64,000 nucleotides of DNA from the NCBI RefSeq assembly GCF_006345805.1, contig NC_043006.1:46996001-47060000 (forward strand), written 5' to 3'. This stretch comes from Octopus sinensis. Its lineage: Eukaryota. Below, piece after piece: positions 56,052-64,000 of this stretch (the stretch's first letter is position 1; each line of letters opens with the position of its first letter). The notes under the pieces were generated by a model. It saw only the letters and a program-made list of their open reading frames with translations, was not told the origin of the DNA and made no database searches. Both the position numbers and the translations under genes were made by a program.

Positions 56052-56240
56052 GGAAAAAAATCAAGGTAGAAAATGTGCTAAAATAATTTTATAAAAAAAC
56101 TTTTCAGAAAAATATGGAACGCTTCACGAATTCATGGCCCCTATGCTAGGATGACACGCAGATTCGTGAAGCATTCCATATTTTTCTGAAATGTTTTTTA
56201 TGGAATTATTTTAGAATTTTCTACCTTTACTTTTTTCTCT
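56052..56240. pseudogene. RNU6: U6 snRNA 3' fragment (56133-56185 +) fused to a ~55 nt tail, with an inverted copy of the U6 3' end plus tail (56052-56132 -)
   Basis: CATGGCCCCTATGCTAGGATGACACGCAGATTCGTGAAGCATTCCATATTTTT matches the conserved metazoan U6 3' half at 48/53; 56108-56132 is a 25/25 reverse complement of the U6 3' end. Confidence 0.93.
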
Positions 56241-56322
56241 ATATATATCAACTCGTGTGTTCCTTTTCAACCTTCTATACGCACAGACACATACATACAT
56301 ACACACACACATATATATATAT

Positions 56323-56413
<91 letters not shown>

Positions 56414-56749
56414 TGCGAATGCATACATACACATTTAGATACATTTATATACACACATACAAATATACACACACATACATACACTCAGGCACACATCCAC
56501 ACACACGGAAACACATTCGTACGAAGAGTCACTATTGCACAAGCATATTTTGGTTTATGAATATAGAAATTTTCTCTTTCCACAAGTAGATTAGTTTATA
56601 GTTTTTTAAACTACACATCAAATATTTATACATGAAAATATTATATTATTTATAGCTATACTTGTTTCGATCGCCTTCAAATTAAAAAAAAATTTTAGCA
56701 ATACATGATTCCGTGTCGGCTTTAATTTGTTGGAATATGATATATTCTT

Positions 56750-57775
56750 TTCTACACTCGGCACAGCGCCCGATATTCTGGAGAGGGTATCAGTCGATTA
56801 GATCAACCCCCTGTAAATAACTGATACTTAATTTATCAATCTCGAAAAGAAGAAAAGCAAAGTCGACCTCAACAGTATTCGAGCACAGAAGATAAAGACA
56901 GACGAATTACTGCTAAGCAATTTCACCTGGCGTGCTAACGTTTCTGGCAGCTGGCAACATTTGGGATATGATTTCTTTATTTCTTTATTGCCCACACGAG
57001 CCTAAACATAGAGGGGACAAACAAGGACAGACAAAGAGATTAACTCGATTACATCGACTCCACTGCATAACTGGTACTTAATTTATCGACCCCGAAATGA
57101 TACAAGGCGAAATCGACGTCAGCGAAATTTGAACTCAGAATGTAACGGCAGACGAAGTACCTATTTCTATTTCTTTACTACCCAAAAGGGGCTTAACACA
57201 GAGAGGACAAACAAGGACAGACAAAGAGATTAACTCGATTACATCGACTCCACTGCATAACTGGTACTTAATTTATCGACCCCGAAATGATACAAGGCGA
57301 AATCGACGTCGGCGAAATTTGAACTCAGAATGTAACGGCAGACGAAGTACCTATTTCTATTTCTTTACTACCCAAAAGGGGGTTAACACAGAGAGGACAA
57401 ACAAGGACAGACAAACGGAGTAAGTCGATTATATCGACCCCAGTGCGTAACTGGTACTTATTTATTCGACCCCGAAAGGATGAAAGGCAAAGTCGACCTC
57501 AGCGGAATTTGAACTCAGAACGTAACGGCAGACGAAATACCGATTTCTTTACTACCCACACGGGGCTAAACGTAGAGAGGACAAACAAGGACAGACAAAC
57601 GGGTTAAGTTGATTATATCGACCCCAGTGCGTAACTGGTACTTATTTAATCGACCCCGAAAGGATGAAAGGCAAAGTCGACCTCGGCGGAATTTGAACTC
57701 AGAACGTAGCGGCAGACGAAATACCACTAAGCATTTCGCCCGGCGCGCTAACGTTTCTGCCGGCTCGCCGCCATT
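56750..57775 (-). mobile_element. Family B SINE cluster: one copy (56750-56955) plus a tandem array of four ~180-190 bp units (56969-57775)
   Basis: GAGAGGACAAACAAGGACAGACAAA..GGCAGACGAA repeated four times. Confidence 0.9.
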
Positions 57776-59726
57776 GGGATATGATATTTTATGTGTCTTT
57801 TGCATAACACAGGTATTGCAGTATTTACTTAAGCCGTTTTCTTTTTTTATTTATCTTACATTCGTTGTAAGCGGGACGGAACATTTTTTAATGTTTTCTA
57901 TGTTTGACGGTACACTTTCAAAAGTATCTATTTCAGATCAACAAGAACCAGTTGATAAACAAATTTTAAATATATACATAATATATACATTTTGTAATTT
58001 CAAACGGGATTTCCTAAGTGTAGTTCAAGAAATGTATGTATCTCTGATTGCGTGTGGTCTAGTTACCACACCAATATTTTAAATTATAGTACTTACCAGG
58101 TGCTCTTCATCATAAAATAACTGACTAACATATCAATTTCCCTTATGGTATGAATCGAATAACAGAACAATCTCTTGCGTCTCTTTTATAATTGCATCGG
58201 CTTTTCAGGTGTGCTTGTATATTACTAAAGTCTATGTTGCATAGTTTAACATGTATTGTGCACGGCAGGTGGAAATATTTAAACGTGTCTATTAACGAAT
58301 AACTGCGTATTAGTTTTCTAAAACTCGTATCAACATTCACAAGCGTCATCCAGGGATATGTCGAAATTAGTGTTGCAAAGGCACTGCGGCATATTAGGGA
58401 ATAAACTGCAGCTTATGTTTCGCTGCTTCGTTAACGAGAGCTGTGTCATGAACGTATAAAACAACATTCAGCCTTAAGTTGCAAAAATCTCATACGATTC
58501 TTTTATATCTTGTTAGTTTTTTATTATACATCATTACTTTTTTTTTCTGTAAACGTGCGTAGCTTAGTGGTTGTGGCGTTTGACTCGCGATTGTCAGGAA
58601 GATGTTCAATATACTGATCAGTCGCCAATATTTTGCTTTGAGCAAGGCTTTCATTTCACGTTATAATGAGTTCGATTCAGATAACGGACCTGTCTACTAT
58701 CCTCGTGCCTGATTTTATTTATGTGTTTTGTAGGTTCAGTTGTGAAGCAGACGAATGGGTGTTTCTGTCTGCTTCCTACTACGTAAACAAGAAACAATAT
58801 GCATGTCATATACTAATATATAACACTGTCTCGCAAAAGACGGCTGGCTATACTTCCACTCATTAACATTAAAAAGTTAATGAGTAGAGGAAAGATTGAT
58901 TTCTGGTATGTACAGGATCCAACCCGAAAGTTGAGAATAGTATACGTCATGTTCTTTGTATATTTGTATTGCAATGTGGGACGAAAAAAAACCATTGGAG
59001 AGAGTTGAATTCTTGAATGTTACAGATGTAAGGGTGCAGGCCTATAAGTCTCTCAATTAGGGATGATATAGAACCAAAGACTGATTGTAGGATTAATAAA
59101 ACCGGGATGTTTGACTGCACCTGAGGAAACAGGATGTGCGGTTGACAAGTTTTTAAAAGAAGAGGCTCTCAAGAACTGAAGAACCAAAATGTGTAAAACA
59201 ATGCATCAGTGAGTTGGTGATCGCAGTATATTTGTGAGCGAATTTGAGTTAGTCAGATAAGTTGATTTATATGCGATTTAATGTCTTTGTATACATAATC
59301 GAGGCACTTTTCCATATTTAAGATCACGTTCACATACCTTGCGTAGTGTGAGTCGAATATTTTCACATACACACTTTGCGAAAATAAGGAATGTACTCCG
59401 GTTAGAATTCTGGACCAAAACTTAAAGAAGAATTATTTATTTTAACCTATTGCACTGTGAAATCATGAATATTTTTGAGATGAACACTATAAGACTATAT
59501 ACATGCCAGAATTTTCTAATGTCACTTCGCATTACATTTTCTAACTTCTTATCTAGTAATCTACATCTATCTATCTACCTATCTATCTGTCATATACATA
59601 GTACAAGTTTCCTCTCATACACACACATGCACGTGCATATATATATGTATATATATATATATATATAATAATATATATATATATATATATAATATATATA
59701 TGTATGTATATATATATATATATATA

Positions 59727-59769
<43 letters not shown>

Positions 59770-59771
<2 letters not shown>

Positions 59772-60200
59772 TTGAAGATTAAACTGGCATACGTTTTAAC
59801 CTTATAAATACGGGGTTCCTCCATTTTACTTTCATAAGGCTTAGTGAGTTCAATCAGAATTGCCTGTTTTGATGACTGCAAGCAGAGTACGCTAGCCGCC
59901 ATCATACCATTGTTCTTCATAATTCCTTGATATTTTCCCATTATGGATGATTCTGCTGTACATTCCGACTCATCCGCTCCGTGCAGTAGATCATGCTTCT
60001 ATGTTCCACCCCTTTCAGAACATAATCTTTTTGATCCTACACAACAGAACTTTGTTAATGCTTCTTGTAGCTTAGTCAACCGCCTCTCACGAAGGCCAAA
60101 TTGCATAAGTGATGCATTTATGTAATTAACTCTGTCTCCATCCACGACGTGTACCATTTTGCATGAGCTCAGGAAATTTTCACTGTTTGATTTCATTTGT
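59770..60200 (-). mobile_element. RLE-type LINE endonuclease relic (HERO/NeSL-like)
   Basis: SKQAILIELTKPYESKMEEPRIYKVKTYASL resembles the IELTVPWE..K..KY RLE motif; upstream ENFLSSCK resembles the knuckle end; truncated by (TA)n. Confidence 0.55.
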
Positions 60201-60497
60201 ATTATGGGCACAAAAGTTTATCAAAATCTCCCATTTTCCCAACTTTGTATTCGAGGGGAGAAATTCCGATACAAATTTGCGGATATAGCTAATTCTAAAT
60301 GGAGCTATTTCCCATACATCATTCCTGTTAAGTAACCTTTGGTGTGTTTTATTCTACAGTTTCAACAAATATCTATTTGAAAAACAGCTTTATCTAGGGC
60401 CTATCTCACCTTCGGCACACTGAGTCCAATCCAGACACAAGTATTTGTCTTTGTAAGTATCATTGTTTCAACTCAGAAAACCTGACATGGCAAATTC

Positions 60498-60661
60498 TAA
60501 AGTAAAGGATATTTGCCAACATAATGTAGCTGTCCCGAACAGGACACATAAGGACAGTGTGTCGCATAGCCAGCTAGAAACGATGTTTCTTGGGGCTAAA
60601 GCAACAGTAGCATCCTCCCTTTAGGACAACCACATTATGTTGGCAAATAGCCTTTACTTTA
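60498..60661. mobile_element. 164 bp MITE-like element
   Basis: About 38 bp imperfect TIRs TAAAGTAAAGGATATTTGCCAACATAATGT..TGTCC / GGACA..ACATTATGTTGGCAAATAGCCTTTACTTTA. Confidence 0.75.
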
Positions 60662-61571
60662 AAGAGCTGTTACTGAATGTTTCTCTTTGAGTGATTTAGA
60701 AATAATAATATTTCCATGACAAATTTTTCCAAACATTACAGGTAACAGCCTGCAATCTCAAATACATTTTCCACCAACAACGTTCTTTCAAACTTCGAGA
60801 GATCATAGGAAGCGTTTACGTCTAAAGCATTTTCTGAGTACAGACTTGATAACACAAACCACAGAGAACTATGTCTACGGTAGCTATCCTGGATTAATCT
60901 TATAAGTCCATTGTATGTTCACAGACGCATCTTCTTTAATTATAGCCCTTCGAGATCTGAGTCAACTTAAAGATATAGAAAAACAGCTCCGATATTTAGA
61001 CACACGGCAATGATACAGCAATTATATATGTACGTTGTGATGCAATCTATGTGATGTAATTGACTTGACCAAGAAAACACCCAAAGCCCTAACGATACAA
61101 AGTCTTAAAACCCTTATATTTCAAACAGAGGGGGAAAAAAACATTGTCCAAACAAATTATGGTAAACATACAAACACATTTACAGAGAATCACTTGTCTA
61201 TATAAAGTTTACGATAATGTACATAAGAAACATGAAAAACCAACAAGTACTCAAAACAAAAATAAGAAAACAAAAACGTAACAAACACATCACTAGTAAG
61301 TAACAATAGCATAAAAGATTTTTGGAAAAAAATGTAATATCCGCTGTATATCTATTATTAAAATATAGATAACAATAGTTGAAAGGTTTATATAAGTAAT
61401 TGTTTAGTGAAACTATAGTTTATAATCGACCCTCAATAAAGAAGTGGGAAGGTCGGACTTGTCCCATTTATGTCAATAGATAATCTTTGTATAAATTTGT
61501 ATAACAATGATATGTCTATTTATGTCTATAAACAAGCTTTAATTATATATATGAGATGTTGTCTATGCATT

Positions 61572-61609
<38 letters not shown>

Positions 61610-61616
61610 TATATAT

Positions 61617-61654
<38 letters not shown>

Positions 61655-62077
61655 AGCTGGAAGGTGATATATATGTAGTTAGTATTCATGTATACGTGTA
61701 TACATATACGTTTGCCCATATATGTCTGAATACTAAGTGATTGTGTATGTGTGTGTGAGAGAGATGAAGAAAGTAAACGAGAGAGACAGTGAGAGAAAGA
61801 AAGGGAGAATGGGAGAGAGGGCTAGATGGAGAAGGGGGTTTGCCAAACAAACTGGTAGGAAATGGACAAAAACAAAGCAAAAAAACAAATGATGGTGTAG
61901 AAAGTAATAATGATTGGGTGTATGTCTCAACATTTTTATTCAACAATATTTATATAAAACTTCAAAACATTAAAGAAACTAATTTCAGAGAAAATTTGAA
62001 TATTTAAGTAATTTAACAGAATTCCACCATTAACATATAATTACCTCTTAATGTCTTCGTCTTAATTATTAAATTCC

Positions 62078-62162
<85 letters not shown>

Positions 62163-62635
62163 TGTGGGTACGTACTTCGCTGTGTGTAGTGTAGTATGGG
62201 TGATTGTTTTCTTTGCAATACGTTGTCAGTGTTTGCGAACGTTTGCGTGTGCATATGTGTCTATGAGTGCGTATATGAATGTCTATGGCTGTGTACGAGT
62301 GTATGTGCGTGTATGTGTGTGTGTGTGTATGTGTGTGTGTGTGTTTCAACTGGTTGAAATAAAATATCTCAACCCGTTTTCTTGTAGTTATACACACTCA
62401 ATTATTGTTTTGGTTCTTAATAGCTGCCTTAGATAATATACTAATATACTAATAATATACTAATATACTAATTTTTAAAAGCTTCTGCAACTGTCACTGT
62501 TTATATGAATGTGGCCGACCAAAAATATTTTCAGTCAGTTATTGGTTTATACTCTCCAGTAGGTGGCGAGCTGGCAGAAATGTATGTATGTTTGTAATTA
62601 TTTAGAACATATAGTAGAAAGGATTGTTATTATTG

Positions 62636-62808
62636 TCTTCTTCTTCTTCTTCTTCTTCTTCTTCTTCTTCTTCTTCTTCTTCTTCTTCTTCTTCTTCTTC
62701 TTCTTCTTCTTCTTCTTCTTCTTCTTCTTCTTCTTCTTCTTCTTCTTCGTCTTCTTCTTCTTCTTCTTCTTCTTCTTCTTCTTCTTCTTCTTCTTCTTCT
62801 TCTTCTTC
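62636..62808. repeat. (TTC)n microsatellite, about 57 units
   Basis: Direct reading. Confidence 0.97.
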
Positions 62809-63134
62809 CAATCAGGACTCACGCCATAATTCCAGCCTATTCTAAGCTACTAAGAAAGCGTGTGGGAACTTGAAGATCCACCCACCACACCCGATAGACT
62901 GGCGGTTGCACGGGTGCGAAAGCTACGTTGTTTTCCTCATTCCGTAAACGGTGGCTTTTTATGGGTGGGGAGCTGAACAATCCTGGGATACAGGGGATTC
63001 GCAATCATGACTAGGCTCTGAAAATTTACCACACCATAGTGGGTTATACTATGGTTCCTCTGCTTTATGACAGAAGTAGAAAGAAAGAGTGAGAGAAAAT
63101 TGTGGTGAAAGAGTGCAGCGGGGTTCAACACCAC

Positions 63135-64000
63135 CCTAATAATTACAGGTATGAACCTGAACTTGTAATCTGGATAGAATAACTACAGATTCCTCAGTAG
63201 TTCAGAATACATGATCTCTTTTTCATTGATTTTCAGCTTTATGTTAACATACGCTGGGCGGTTAAATTTCACAACTGTGCGCAGTTTCTCTTCTCTATCT
63301 TAAATCATTGTATCAGGTCTGTTGTGCTTACATTCTATTGAGGTCTTCACAGGTACATTCCACCAGTATTCCCTTTTTATTATGAGTGGCTATGGCTTCT
63401 ACCATATTGCGGGTTCTTATTTCTTTGTCCTTAGGATTATCCTTCCAACGGATTTCATTACAGAGTAGAGTATCCTAGCTACAACGTAATGTTTCATCGA
63501 TAGATAATACCGTGATGGCATTTTTAGACAACTGCTTATGATGTGGGTGATATCTTCAGTGTGCACTCCAAAAAATCTGCATAGGTCGTCACATCTTGCG
63601 GCTTTTCCTGCATTTGTATCACATTTGTGCATCAGGTACTTGGTTGATATTTCCTGTTCCTGGATTGCAAACGCATATCCTTCAATATGGGAGGTAGTAA
63701 TTCGGCTGTTGGTCCATAATAAACTTCTTTCTACTAACATATCCATGCATAGTCTTCTGCTCATGTAGGCTCATACTTTCATCTGATGATACGTTGCGGT
63801 AGAGTCGTGCGACTTCTTTGGGCATGTATTCTCGGTTATCAGACAAAGAGTGTAGCTCAAGGAACTGCCTTCAAATTCTTAAGATGTTATCAGCCTCATG
63901 AATGCAAACTTGGTCAAGAGATGCACTTCGAATCTTGGTGGTTAAATGATGTTGCCGAAAGGATATGATGCGACATCCAAATGCATTTTCGATCGATGTT
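63135..64000 (-). mobile_element. R4/Dong-type LINE relic (C-terminal knuckle and RLE), running off the window end
   Basis: SHIEGYAFAIQEQEISTKYL..CRFFGVHTEDITHIISSCLKMPSRYY. Confidence 0.85.

Noticed and set aside
56969-57775. CRISPR-like regular array
   Set aside because: Units are contiguous ~185 bp SINE copies with no unique spacers, in a eukaryotic context.
58143-58349. FRKLIRSYSLIDTFKYFH, reminiscent of an L1/Tx1 endonuclease
   Set aside because: Isolated weak similarity with no second motif.

Overview
AT-rich, microsatellite-dense eukaryotic DNA made almost entirely of repeats. The SINE families and repeat style suggest an octopus genome (inference, not proven). I could not confidently identify any host protein-coding exon; nearly all listed ORFs are microsatellite translations or transposon relics. 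Contents: (i) many tRNA-headed SINEs in three families (my labels A, B, C); (ii) R4/Dong-type restriction-like-endonuclease LINEs sitting in (AAT)n tracts, including a 2.8 kb 5'-truncated copy at 16771-19590; (iii) a dead Penelope-like element (RT plus GIY-YIG start) at about 48758-50370; (iv) mariner and DD37D (maT) relics and small MITE-like elements. The most interesting signal is a set of minimal type I hammerhead ribozymes from at least four unrelated repeat families (6776, 22513, 40318, 47506/48190). All lie in units abutting (TA)n, and two units form head-to-head inverted structures. A U6 snRNA 3' fragment fused to a ~55 nt tail shows the same (TA)n-flanked inverted geometry (56052-56240). 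It may be a U6/ribozyme-product chimera copied by a Penelope-like RT; this is a hypothesis and needs a genome-wide test.
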